From: Negaprion brevirostris
Taxonomy: Eukaryota
DNA length: 64,000 nucleotides
Direction: 5' to 3'
NCBI GenBank assembly: GCA_030324005.1
Contig: JARDVH010000025.1
Coordinates: 50,130,495-50,194,494, forward strand
The notes beneath the pieces are model-generated. The model did not search any database, was not told where the DNA came from, and saw only the letters and a list, made by a program, of their open reading frames with translations. Below, piece by piece: positions 11,972 to 24,660 of the stretch (positions are counted from its first letter, which is position 1; every line of letters begins with the position of its first letter). Position numbers and translations under genes: made by a program.

Positions 11972-12225
11972 GAGAATGTTGCCCAATAAGAGTGAATGGA
12001 GCATCTTGCTCTTTCATTTGAATCTCTGCTGGTGGTTGTGGAGGCAGAGCTCCTATCTAGAAGCATAACTTTGAAAAATTGTCTTTGTATTTCAACAAAA
12101 AAACTTTTTGTACAAGTTTAATATTTTGTAATTTCTGTAATTAATTTTGTTTATCTTTGGATAGTTATATGCATATTAAAAGTGACAATGAAATTCCTAA
12201 TAAAAGAAAGTAAAGTGATTATAAA
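11972..12225 (+). other. Candidate terminal exon (stop codon, AT-rich 3'UTR, poly(A) signal)
   Basis: Branch-like CTGAC, long pyrimidine tract and CAG at 11969-11971. TGA at 12019-12021 in the chained frame. ATTAAA at 12175 and AATAAA at 12199. Confidence 0.35.
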
Positions 12226-12264
12226 TAGCTGCTTGATGATACAGAACCACTGAAGAAAGAGAAA

Positions 12265-12530
12265 GGTAAAATGCTACCGTCATTGGAATCTGAAACAAAA
12301 ACAGAAAATGCAGGAGAAACTCAACAGGTCTGACAGCATCTGCAAAGAGGGAATAGAGCCAACTTTTCAAGTCTGGATAACCCTTCGTCAGAGCTGAAAA
12401 AAGAGATTCTTTGTTGAAGCTTTTCATCTTGCACTTATCAGGACATTCACAAGAATACAACGTAAGGTAAGCCAGCACGTTTGTTCTATATGAAAAGAAA
12501 GTGCTGATTGGTTGGCAAGAAATTAAAGAG
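12265..12530 (+). mobile_element. Penelope-like short repeat fragment
   Basis: ggaatctgaaacaaaaacagaaaatgc..caggtctgacagcatctg motif, shared with 19225-19465 and 42715-42790. Confidence 0.6.
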
Positions 12531-14064
12531 TAATGATGAAAATTTAATGCAAAAATATTGTTTTGAATCAATGAAGAAATGTTATAGTGGTACACTATTT
12601 TAAGTTTGTAGGTTGTTAAAATCAATAAGATTACATGAACAGTTTGTCACATTTGCAAAAATTTGCTGATTTTACATTGGTGCAGTGAAGTCAGATAGTT
12701 TTTTGTTGGGATGGGAGGTTACATTAAATAGGGAGATGTTGAATGGCTTGAGACAAGAGTTAATTATCAAGGGGACATTAAAAATTACATAGATGTAAAT
12801 CTGAATTCGCATCTTTTTTAATTGCGCAACCTAACTTGTGCACTAAAAGCATTTTGCATAACTGTCAAGAATGTGACAGTAATGCAGTCAATTAGTTATC
12901 TACTGCCCAAGTGGGAAAAGCTGGAAATGATGGTACACGGCAGCATAGTTTACCATTATGCTTCTGGGTAAGTCACTTTACTTCGTTTCAGTACGGAACA
13001 AGTTAGAGGTAAAGAAAAGTTGGAACCTGAAAGGTCCTGAGATGCTGCAACCATGAGAATATGTGCACTGAAATCTCCCAAATTATGAAATTGCAGACTT
13101 GTCCTTCTTCTTTGTCTGTGCAAAAATTAATAGAAAATTATGAGAAGTGTCCCAGTATGTGTTCCTAAGGGACAATACGCCACATCAAGGATACATTGTG
13201 GCATCAGCAAATCAAATGAATAATAAACTGAAAGATGTAAGTTCTGAGCTTAGNNNNNNNNNNNNNNNNNNNNNNNNNNNNNNNNNNNNNNNNNNNNNNN
13301 NNNTTAAAGAAAACTGAATAGATTGAGTAGAAGACAGGATGGGGAAAATTGTAGTGGAAGCACTGAGCTTGATGGATTGACCTTTTTCAAATTAATGCTT
13401 TACCTTATCTACATGTTATATATTAGGTATCTCAGGAATGTATTGGAAAAACATACATAACTTTAATATTTGAGCAGGATTCACATCCAGAGCCTAGAAA
13501 ACTGTTGGAAACTCCACGTCGATCATTTTTAGCAGGCCAGGCAAGATTTTGTAAGAACCTAGGCTGAACCAAGCCTCCCATTAATGTTAGCCCCAAGTAG
13601 GAGGAAACCCTGCCCCCAATAGCTACCTGCCAGCTGAGACTGGCAGCTCTCCAGTACAGGCAGCAGCACCTGGAGTGATGGTCTCTACTGATATTACACT
13701 GAGGTCACCACCAGAAATCACCAATGAATCCCCGGAGAGTGGGGCAAGATTGGGGTTTCGAGATATCAAGGAGGCGAGGGTAGTTGACAGAAAAGGTTGG
13801 AGGGGGGAGAAGGGTGAAGGGCACCTTCCTGAGGGACCCTCTCTCCAAAGCCAGGCCCCTTAATCAGATAGAGTGCCACTGGTAGAATTCCGGTACCAGA
13901 GGGATGAAGCCTTTAAATAGGCCCCTCTTCCTATCTGAAACTTGATCGGGGAAAAAGTTAGTAGTCAGAAGGCAGCAGGATATCCACTCTGCATCGCCCT
14001 GCCCAATCCAACCTCCATCCTCACCTCCAATCTCACCTCCAGTGGAGCATAAAATTCCACCTTT

Positions 14065-14355
14065 CAAGTAAGCTGTGGCATAGTTGGTAGCATTCCCACC
14101 TTTGAAATGGAAAGTCTCACTCCAGGGACTTGAATGTAAAAATCTAGGATGATGATGGGGTATAGCACTGATGGAGTGCACTGCTGGAGGTGCCATCTTT
14201 TGGATGATGTTATCTGCTCTCTGGAGTGAACATAAATGATACTATGGGATTATTCCAAAGAAGAAGAGGGGAATTATCCAAGTGCATTGGCCAACATTTA
14301 TCCCTCAATCATCATCATGAAAACACATTATCTTGTCATTATTATATTGTTCACC
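14065..14355 (+). mobile_element. Deu-domain SINE (SacSINE1/AmnSINE1-like), old and diverged
   Basis: tRNA-like head (gtggcatagttggtagca) followed by gcactgctggaggtgccatcttttggatga..ccaaagaagaagagggg..ggccaacatttatccctcaa, which resembles the Deu core. Confidence 0.65.
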
Positions 14356-15060
14356 CATGAAATAGCATCAATTTTGTTCTCCTGCAATGCTGGTAACAGT
14401 CTTTAAGTAGGTCATAAGGGTGGAGGCATTGTACAGTTAACAGATCCCGGGATGTTGGTCCTGATTCACATTCAAGTAAGTACTCTCTATTCATCTTACC
14501 CTTTTGGTGGCAGAGCTCAGAAGTCCTGATTGTAGCAGCCCAGCATCAATTGTGTTCAAGGGCTGCCCAATTTCAGGTAGGAATCCTGAGGCAGGAGCAA
14601 CATCACTTAGTTCAAAATTTCTAATACCTGTTTGAAGGACGTGTCCTAGGCTTTATTCTGGGACCCTGTACTTCCTCTGTAGATTGTATATGTAAGCCAT
14701 CCACTGTTTTATTTGCTTAGGAGCTCATCCTATGCTGCAAGATTTCTTGGCCATGGATTGGAAAACATGGTTATGGTAATAATTCATCCAAAGACAGTTT
14801 CCCATCACAACAGACCCTTTTATCATAAATCAAAAGGAAATGCCACACCTAAAGTCTACAGCTAGCCAGTCTGTACCCCAGGACCTATATCTACAATCCA
14901 GGTTGAAGCAACAAGTTTTTAACCTGCTCACTTCTCATTAGGCGAGCCTCCACTTGCTCAACAGGGAAGTTCATATTCTATGAAGCTCACATTCCATAAA
15001 TGGGGAGAATTAGCAATGATCCCCCATGTTCTTTGTGCCATCATAACAGTAACAATCTCA

Positions 15061-15885
15061 AGAACAAAGAACAAAGAAAAGTGCAGCATGGAAGAGGCCC
15101 TTCAGCCCTCCAAGTCTGTGCAGATCATGATGCCTTAATACACTTAAAAAAACTTCTAGCCTTACTCAGTCCGCATCCCTCTATTCCCTCATGCAGCCAT
15201 CCATATGCCTCTTAAATGTTACTAATGGGCTGACCCCATCACCTCCACTGGCAGCACATTCCAGGCACCCACCACTTTTTGTGTGAAAAAATTCACCCTC
15301 TCACCTTGAACCTGAGCCCCCTTGTAATTGATGTTTCCACTCTTGGAAAAAAACCTCTGACTATCCACCCTGCCTATGCCTCTCATAATTTTGTAGACCT
15401 CTATCAGGCCTCCCCTCAGCCTCTGTCTCTCCAATGAAAACAATCCTAGTTTATTTAACCACTTTTCATAGTCAACACCCTCGACTCCAGGCAACATCCT
15501 GGTGAACCATCTTTGCAATCTCTCGTGCTGTTAGTGTGGTGACCAGAACTGCACGCAATATTCCAAATGCCACTGAACCAAGGTTTTATATAGCTGCAAC
15601 AGGGTTTCTCAATTCTTGTACTCAATGTTTTGGCCATATGCTTTCTAAATCACCTTGCCACTTTCAGGGAACTGTGGACCTGCATGCCCAGATCCCTCTA
15701 TATGTTAATGTTCCTCAGGTTTCTGCCATTTACAGTATAATTCATACCTTAATTTGATCCTCCAAAATACATCACCTCACATTTGCCCGGATTAAAATCC
15801 ATCTGGCATTTCTGTGCCCAAGTCTCCAATCTTTCTATATCCTGTTGTACCCTCTGACAATCCCCGGCACTATCAGCAACTCCAT
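15061..15885 (-). mobile_element. CR1 (HER1-like) LINE 3' fragment
   Basis: MQRWFTRMLPG..KLGLFSLERQRLRGGLIEVYKIMRGIGRVD..FFTQKVVGAWNVLP. Tandem (agaacaa) tail repeats at 15061. Confidence 0.88.
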
Positions 15886-16060
15886 AGCAGTATAATAACT
15901 TGCTTTTTCACTTAAAGTTGAACAAAAAGTTAAGTAGCAGTGCAATTACTAACATTTCATCTTCCATGTAGTGATTCTAACTCTATAATCTAATGCTAAA
16001 TCTAGAGATTGTGAGTTCAAATCTCTTCATTGCTGTGACAATTGAATTCAATACATTGAG

Positions 16061-16365
16061 TGGGCAACATGGTTGTGTAGTGATGTCTCACAGGGACCTG
16101 GGCTTGGTTATCAGCTTGGGTCACTGTTTGAGTGGAGTTTGTACGTGCTCCCTTTATCTGCATAGGTTTCCACCTACAGTCCAAAGATGTGCAGGTTAGG
16201 TACACTGGCCATGCTAAATTGCCCCTTAGTGTCCCAGGATGCATCGGTTAGAGGGATTAGTGGGGTACATATGTGGGGTTATGGGGATAGGGCCTGGGTG
16301 GCGTTGTTGTCGGTGTAGACTCAATGAACCAGATGGCCTCCTTCTGCATTGTAGGGATTCTGTGA
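16061..16365 (+). mobile_element. HE1-type tRNA-derived SINE with CR1-type tail
   Basis: tRNA-like head, central ggagtttg..ctccc..ccaaagatgtgcaggttagg domain, tail ggcctccttctgcattgtagggattct. Confidence 0.8.
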
Positions 16366-17399
16366 TCTTTGATCTACGTCATCATCTATCTGAAGAAAGC
16401 TTTTGTAACAACTCTTCGCAGCAAAAAACTCTGGGGGCCTTTTATTCCACCCTTGGATGTGAAGTCAAAGAAAATGTGTGGGCCACTTTCCCATGTCATC
16501 CATGCGACGACATCAAAATTGCACAGGCAATGTAAAATTTCTTTCAATTGGTAAATTAATGGCCTCAGTTGGCACTGACTCCTCTAGGTGCCTGCCGATC
16601 ATTAAATCACTTGAGTGCCTCCTGACATTGGGATTCTTACCTAATATGATTTTATGTGTTTGAGTCAGTGCACACTAGCTTTCTTCGTGTAAAGATCTGA
16701 CCCCTTTTTCAGAAGATTGAAGGATTATCTAATTGAAGTATATTTGACAAAATGATTCAACAGGATAGAAATGGAAAATAACTATTTCCTCTGGTCAGGC
16801 AAAGTAAACAGTCTTAAAATTAGAGTTAGGCCTATCAGGAGTGAAATCACACAAAGGGTAGTGGAAATTTGAAACAATCTTTGCTCGAAAGATGATGGAT
16901 TCTGAATCATTTGAAGTTTTAATAACAGGACATTAATTGATATGATTCTTCTCCAACAGGATCGAACACGATTAAGGGGCTGAATAGATTACTCCTGTTT
17001 TGTTTCGGCGAACTTGGGAAACTCAGTATCAACTTTGCATTTAAACCCCACCCAGGAGTTTGAATACTCTTTCCAAATCTCATAGTTGCAGTGACCTCTA
17101 GCTGACAGAAGATGGTGATCTTGGCACATATTGTCACCTGTATTCTTTTACCTTGATCATCACATTGCCTTCAAAGAATCTGATTTCTAATCTGGTTCTG
17201 CTGCAGTGACTCTTTATGACAGTTTAATTATTTGCACAAAGAAAAAATGATATCAATTGTATTTTGTTTCATTGTGTATATATATGTAAATGAAATATTA
17301 ATCATTTATATTCATAGTCACAGTTTTACAGCACAGAAAGAGGTCCTTCACCCATAGCATCAGGGACAGCCATCAAACAATTATCTATTCTAATCAGCA

Positions 17400-18008
17400 G
17401 CAAGAATAGGCTATTTGGTCCTTTGAAAGAGAAGTCTCCTGTCAATCTGTAGCGAGAAACACTAATGACCATGGAGTGAAGAAATCCTTCCCCATCTCCA
17501 TCTTAAATGGGAGATCCCTTATTTTTAAACTGTGCCCCCCAGTTCTAGATTGTACCATGAGGTGAAGTATCCTTTCAGCATCTACCCTGTTAACCCCCAC
17601 AGAATCTTATATGTTTCAATTAGATCACCTCTCATTCTTCTGAACTCCAATGAATATAGGCACAACTTGCTCAACCTATCATAAAAAAGCCCTTCCCTGA
17701 ATTAAGCAAATCGCCAGTTCTCTGATGAACAGACTAAATATCAACCCTCTACAAAGGAGAATGAAAGGAAAAAAAGTAAGACCTACATTATATAGTACCT
17801 TTACTGACCTCAGGACATCCCAACCCCCTTTACAGCCAGTGAAGTAGTTTTGAAGTTTTAGAGTCATAGAGGTTTACAGCATTGTAACAGGCCCTTTGGC
17901 TCAACTTGTCCATGCCGGCCCTGTTTTTTAACCACTAAGCTAGTCCCAGTTGCCTGTCCTTGAACCATATCCCTCTATACCCATCTATACCCATGTGACA
18001 AAATTGTA
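17400..18008 (-). mobile_element. Cluster of CR1 3' fragments and a Deu-SINE/L2-like tail
   Basis: gtttcaattagatcacctctcattcttctgaactcc and tagagtcatagaggtttacagc are reverse-complement CR1 3' motifs. Confidence 0.55.
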
Positions 18009-18608
18009 NNNNNNNNNNNNNNNNNNNNNNNNNNNNNNNNNNNNNNNNNNNNNNNNNNNNNNNNNNNNNNNNNNNNNNNNNNNNNNNNNNNNNNNNNNNN
18101 NNNNNNNNGGACAATATACAGTAAAGGAACATTTTTCACCAACAAAATCAACAAACCTGGATTTTCTAAGTGCTTATGTACAATAATTACAAAAATGTGA
18201 ATGGAGACTGATTATGCCAGATCTCTGTCCATTAGCCCTCCACTTAGTATTGAGTTCAGGTTTGCAATTGGTGACAAAGGTTCCTGGTTGCCATAGTCTA
18301 ATAAAGCCCTGAGGTGTCATTTAGACAAGCACACAGTTTCCTGGAGTTTGCTCAGAATAGCAACATATCATTCAACTATCCATATCTGATGGCTGACCAG
18401 GATTGCTAGGAACTGTGCTATTAAAAACAGAAGGTGAATTTTAAGTGCTCTAATACTGATAGCTGTGATTCAAGATGTTTGTGGCCTTTTGTTGATATCT
18501 GTTCCTCTTTTGCCTTTTAACATTAAGTTGCTCCAGAGATTTTCTTGAGAATATTGTTAGTGTAATAGGTTCTCTGGAGGGAATCCACTTTCACTCCTTT
18601 TTTTGCAG

Positions 18609-18646
18609 GAAGAAGGTGAACAGGAAGCTGCCAGGTTGTATCGAAG
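18609..18646 (+). other. Candidate 38-nt exon
   Basis: Strong acceptor ctttcactcctttttttgcAG and donor AAG|GTAAAT. Purine-rich GAAGAA content. Confidence 0.3.
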
Positions 18647-19224
18647 GTAAATTTCCCACACCCATATTTGCATACAGAGGAACACCTGTCTGCAATTTTC
18701 AGAGAAATTGTCCTTGCCAATGTTCTGCATCATCAGGGAAATACAATTGAGCTATGCCATCTGGCAGAATCTATTTCTGACAAGCACCATTGAGGCAGGC
18801 GCTGCCAGTGGCAGTTGCATTATCTGTACGCATAAGTTCTCTCCCTCCTTCCAAGCATACTGTAATTCTGGCCTATAGGGAGGATGCCCCAGAATGGCAA
18901 ACAAAACCAATCTCCTCATCCATCTACTGCATCTCATATAACCTCCAGCTTTCAAGCATTTAAATTATTATTTTTTCAATACTCCACATCTCCATTCTGT
19001 GTCTACTGAGAAAGTATTTGCAAACAGTCTTTGCAAAGATTAAAACATGTGTTGAAAATATTCGACACCTCTTTAAAGACAAATCTACATTTCTATTCCC
19101 ATATGGGGCTTCTTGCCTATAAATGATGACATCCTTTCAATCATTGTAAACATCCCATCTCTGGCAATTTCCAAGAGTAGGCTAAGTGCTGATCTACACC
19201 GTAAATAAGGTAAGTGTATTAATG

Positions 19225-19465
19225 AAAAAGCAAAATACTGTGGATGCTGGAATCTGAAACAAAAACAGAAAGTGCCGGAAAATCTCTGCAGGTCTGACAG
19301 CATCTATGGGGACAATATAGAGCTAACATTTTGAGTCAAGATGACCCTATGGCAGAGCATAATGACGCTTTGATGAAGGGTCATCCAGACTCGAAATGTT
19401 GGCTTTATCCTCTCTCCACAGATGCTCTCAGACCTACTGAGATTTTCCAGCATTTTCTGTTTTTG
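19225..19465. mobile_element. Penelope-like inverted-repeat (hairpin) element
   Basis: ~100-bp arms at 19260-19358 and 19367-19465 are reverse complements of each other. Confidence 0.75.
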
Positions 19466-19629
19466 CGTAATTACTCATAAAACAGCATCCAATGGATGTC
19501 TGTTTGGAAAACAAATTGAAAACATCTTTAACTTTTAATGTTGAGAAAAGTGTTGAAGAATAATATTTAAGATAAGCAATAATGGTTTACAAATATAGGT
19601 TACTGCTGGAGATAACATACTTTATATAT

Positions 19630-19800
19630 CCAAAGTCCAAAGATGTGTGGGTTAGGTTGATTGGCCATGCTAAAAATTGCCTCTTAGTGTCCTGGGATGC
19701 ATTGGTTAGAGGGATTAGGGATATGGGAGTAGGGACTGTGTGGTATTGTGGTCAGTGCAGATTCAATGAGCCAAAATGGCCTCTTTCTGCACTTTGGGGT
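19630..19800 (+). mobile_element. 5'-truncated HE1-type SINE
   Basis: gtccaaagatgtgtgggttagg..ggcctctttctgcact. Confidence 0.7.
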
Positions 19801-19859
19801 TTCAATATCAAGTTACTTTCATCTGTAAATTTAACGTTATCGTGATTTACATAGTTACA

Positions 19860-20156
19860 GAGCGGCACGGTGGCACAGTGGTTAGCATTGCTGCCTCACT
19901 GCACCAGGGACCTCGATTCAATTCCTGGCTTGGGTCACTGCCTGTGTTGAGTTTGCACATTCCTCCCGTGTCTGCGTGGATTTCCTCCGGGTGCTTCCAC
20001 AGTCCAAAAGACTCACTAGTTAGGTGCATTGGCCATGCTAAATTCTCCCTCAGTGTATGCTAACAGGTGCCGGAGTATGGCAACCAGGGGATTTTCACCA
20101 TAACTTCATTGCAGTGTTAATGTAAGCCTACTTGTGACACAAATAAATAAACTTAA
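19860..20156 (+). mobile_element. HE1-headed SINE with alternative tail
   Basis: A-box tggcacagtgg and B-box gattcaattcc. Tail taacttcattgcagtgttaatgtaagcctacttgtgacac..aataaataaactt. Confidence 0.8.
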
Positions 20157-21234
20157 ATGTAGTATTATTATATAATTACTACCAGAATGTTTCACAATGG
20201 AAGGATTTATGAAGGCAAATTTAATTTCATTGAAGCAGAGGACATTAATCAGCTATGAGTTATCGCATGTGAAACAAGTAACAGTAAGTTTGTTCATTTC
20301 TGCCATCTGGTACCTTTTAATTACAATGGGAAATTATCATTTACTTTTGCTGAACACTTTCCATAAGCAGTGGTACTAGCTGGTACATTAAACAAGTGTA
20401 GATCAAAACATGTGAAAATCATTGGTTATAACTAATGTGAAGAAACCGTGACATGGTAACAATCTTGAGTTTGGCCATTTATGTTTGCACAAATGACACT
20501 GACTCAGTTCCCAGGAATATTGTTTAAACAAAATAGGTTGCATTTGCACTTTGTACATTAATGTATTTCCTTCTATTTCAAATGTACATATTTGTTTATT
20601 GTACGAAAGAGAAACTAACATGGCATTGTGCAAACATTCATTAAATTCATTATTGAATGTGGAAGGATTTTTGAATGTGAATACATGCTCATTTGCAGAT
20701 AAAACAGATGAAGCCCATTGTAAGGAACACACTCTTTGGAAACACATTTCATTAGCAGTGTTCCTTTCCTTGTAAATATAGAATGCAACAATGCCAGGAT
20801 CATATTTTGTTTGTGTGAAATTGAGCTTACAAAACTGCAATCATGGTCCACCACTGTAAACATTGCCAAATGGATGTTCCATCTCACCAGTGACTTCAAT
20901 GTCTGTCCCTATTTTAATTGCCAGGGTCAGTGGATTACAGTGACAAACACCAATATCAATATTGGCATAGCTGAAGCTTCAGGAAGTTGGAATGGGGTAG
21001 AAGCATATGACGGCGAAAAGCCACTTGGATTCAGTCAACGCCTGACTCAAGCAGCTATTCACTGCCATATATTACTGCATTGCTCTAACCTAGCAGTTGC
21101 CTGCCTGTTGTGTGTTAATTGACACAACTTCTGGCAAGTCTATGATGACATCCAGTTCTACCATCTCTCAAGAGTTGTTTACTATCTCGGCACCAGGCTC
21201 TTTGTTCAACATTAAGTCTTGTATCTGTTTATTT

Positions 21235-23670
21235 TTCATTTGGTCACAGGATGTGGGTGTTGGTGGTGAAATCAGCATCTATTATCCACCTGAATTGCCC
21301 TTGAGAAGGAAGTGAGCTGCTTTCTTGAACTGCAGCAATCAGTTTGGCATAGGTATCCAGGGTAGTGATGGGAAGGAAATTCCATTGATTTNNNNNNNNN
21401 NNNNNNNNNNNNNNNNNNNNNNNNNNNNNNNNNNNNNNNNNNNNNNNNNNNNNNNNNNNNNNNNNNNNNNNNNNNNNNNNNNNNNNNNNNNGGGGAGAGG
21501 TGGTGGGGGGTTATTTGTTGGTGGTGATTTTCCATGTATCTGCTGACTTTGTCCTTCTAGGTGGCAGAGGTCATGAGTTGGAAGGTCTTCTCTGAAGGAG
21601 CCTTGGTGAGGAACTGCTGCAGAGCATCTTGTAGATGGCACACACTGTTGCCAAAGTGTGACAGTGATGGAAGGAGTGAATGTCAGTGGATAGGGTGCCA
21701 ATCAAATGGGCGACTTTGTCCTGGATGGTGTCTGTCAATGTCTTATCAGCTACATTGTTAATGTTGGTTCATGTTAATTACATTGTTAAGGGAATCAGGT
21801 GATGCATATCTGAAAACATATAAGTTGGAGTTAGCACACTGGGTGGAACGTGAGGAGTATTGTCAAAAAACAAAGTTAATATTGTCTCTCAGCAAGGAAG
21901 GGTTCTGAATTCATCAACTAGTGGGGATCCTATTCACAGTGTTGAGTTTCTTAAGTCTTGTTAGAGCTGCATTATCCAGGCTAGTGAGAAGTATTCTATC
22001 ACATTCTTGATTTGTGCCTTGTAGATTATCTCCAAATTTAGGGGTGTCAGGAGATGATTTATTCTCGGAATTATTTATTCACAGGAATGAGATAGAGAAT
22101 CTGGTGAACTGGTGTGGCAACAATAACCTCTCTCTCAATGTCAACAAAACAAAAGAGATTGTCGTTGACTTCAGGAAGCATAAAGGAGAACATGCCCCTG
22201 TCTACATCAAATGGGGACGAAGTAGAAATGGGCGAGGGCTTCAAGTTTTTAGGTGTTCAGATCACCAACAACTTGTCCTGGTCCCCCATGCCGACACTAT
22301 AGTTAAGAAAGCCCACCAACACTGCTACTTTCTCAGAAGACGAAGGAAATTTGGCATGTCAGCTATGACTCTCACCAATTTTTACAGATGTACCATAGAA
22401 AACATTCTTTCTGGTTGTATCACAGCTTGGTATGGCTCCTGCTCTGCCCAAGACCACAAGAAACTACAAAAGGTGNNNNNNNNNNNNNNNNNNNNNNNNN
22501 NNNNNNNNNNNNNNNNNNNNNNNNNNNNNNNNNNNNNNNNNNNNNNNNNNNNNNNNNNNNNNNNNNNNNNNNNNNNNNNNNNNNNNNNNNNNNNNNNNNN
22601 NNNNNNNNNNNNNNNNNNNNNNNNNNNNNNNNNNNNNNNNNNTCTTCCCTGCTGCTGTCAGACTTTTGAATGGACTTACCTTGTATTAAGTTGATCTTTC
22701 TCTACACCCTAGCTATGGCCGTAACATTAAAGTCTGCACTCTCTCGTTTCCTTCTCTCTGAATGGTATGTTTTGTCTGTATAGAATGCAAGAAACAGAAC
22801 TTTTCACAGTATGTTAATACATGTGAAAATAGTAAATCAAATCAAACCAAGGAATTCCTGACCTCTGACTTGAGCTTGCAGCCATTGAGTTATTGGTCAG
22901 CAGTAATTTGCTGGATGTTGATAGTCAGGGTTCTGTGATGATAATGCCATTGAATGTTAAGGGGGGTGATTAAATTCTGTCTTGTTGGAGATGGACATTG
23001 CCTGGCATTTGTGTGCACAAATATTACTTGTTACTTATCAGCCCGAGAGTGAATGCTGACCAGGTCTTATTGCATATGGACATGGACAGTTTCACTATCT
23101 GAGGAGTTATGAATGGTTCAGAACATTGTGCAAACATCTAGCTTTATGATGAAGGGCAGGTCATTGATGAAGTAGCCGAAGGTGGTTAGGCCTAGGACAC
23201 TACCCCAGGGAACTCCTGCAATGATCTCCTGGAACTGAGATGATTAACCTCCAAAAACGATTACTCCCTTCCTTCGTGCTAGGTATGACTCTAATCAGCA
23301 GGGAGCTTTCCCCCGATTCCCATTGACTTCAGTTTTACTAGCCTCATTAATGCCATGCTCAGTCAAATACTGCTTTGATGTCAATGGCAGCCAGTCTCGC
23401 CTCAACACTTGGGTTCAGCTCTTTTGTCCACGTGTGGACAAAGGCTGTAATGAGGTCAGGGTCTGAGGTGTCCGGTGGATCTCAAACTGAGCATCAGTGA
23501 GCAGGTTATTCCTGAGTTAGTGCTGCTTGACATCTTCTGTCACTTTACTGATGATCGAGAGAAGACTGAAGGAGTGGAATTGGCTGGATTTGATTTGGCC
23601 TGTTTTTTGTGGATCGGACTTATTTGGGTAATTTTTACATTGCCAGCTTAATGCTAGTATTATAGTTGGG
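21235..23670 (-). mobile_element. CR1-like LINE (second family), interrupted by a Rex1/Babar insertion
   Basis: 21235-22030 and 22850-23670 are consecutive reverse-complement pieces of the 48405-50622 type sequence. Confidence 0.75.
22080..22850 (+). mobile_element. Rex1/Babar-clade LINE 3' fragment
   Basis: NLVNWCGNNNLSLNVNKTKEIVVDFRK and LTNFYRCTIENILSGCITAWYGSC. Ends in (aaatc)n. Confidence 0.85.
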
Positions 23671-24660
23671 GAATGGAAAAATTGTTAAGAAATAACTACG
23701 TTAACTGCAATCATGTTCAGCCCTTAGCACAAATTCTGCTCCCTTGCCATTGACTCTTCCCTTTCCAGCCATTGCCTGAGCTGAACTAGACTGTTTACAG
23801 CCTTGGCATTCTGTTTATTGGTGAGTTGAGCTCCTTTCCCATGATGTCTCCATGCTAAAAACTACTTACTTTGATCTCTGTTACATTGTCTGCCTCCAAA
23901 GGCTGTCATATTAAGCGGTTGTGAACCTACACAAAATATAATCTTAACCATCTTCTTTTGACAGATAGAAAACAACAATTGGAAGCACAGAGTATTTTAA
24001 AATGTGCTGTTGACTAGATACAGGATCCCTGGTATTAACCTTCAGGTGATGGTTTCAGATGGACTACTCAATTTAACGAGAAAATATAAATATATGTCTT
24101 TTAATTCCAAGATTTACTAACCAAATATATATAAAAATAAATGTTTGCAATTGCATTTGGATGTAATCCTAATTTCTTGGCCCTTGCATGATTTTACCAG
24201 CTTGCTCCTCCTATTGATGGACGGGGTGAGCCGGTAAAATTCCACCCAAAGTTTTGGACTACTTTCTTTCAGTTAAAATAACTTCTAATCCATGTGTATT
24301 TTGGCATAAAGAAACTCAGCTGATGGTACTTTCTGGACCAATCAATTTTGTTATAATGCTAACATTAAAAACAACAAATGCTGCCTTTTAAGGGTCCAGA
24401 AAGTTAGCCAGCGGATAATAGTTACATTGTGTGAAAAGAATAGCACAGCATCCTCAACAAGTTTGTTCTGAACACTAAAACGTGACGTTTCTGTCCTGAG
24501 TTTTTTAATGAGTTTTATGGTCCTTAAATTCCTGGTTAAAAGAATTGAGGACAAACCACATGGGGGCACTATATAAAAAGCCACATATAAGGAAGTCAGA
24601 TGGTGGCTGAAAATCTCTCACAGATGCAAATTAAAGTATAAATAGTTTTATACATCATAC

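Noticed and set aside
12912-12967. Possible exon ending in GG|GTAAGT
   Set aside because: Weak acceptor. An isolated consensus donor is expected by chance in 64 kb.
20403-21122. Overlapping 128-145 aa ORFs in AT-rich DNA
   Set aside because: No domain-like content, and the Cys/Phe/Asn-rich composition is typical of random AT-rich sequence.
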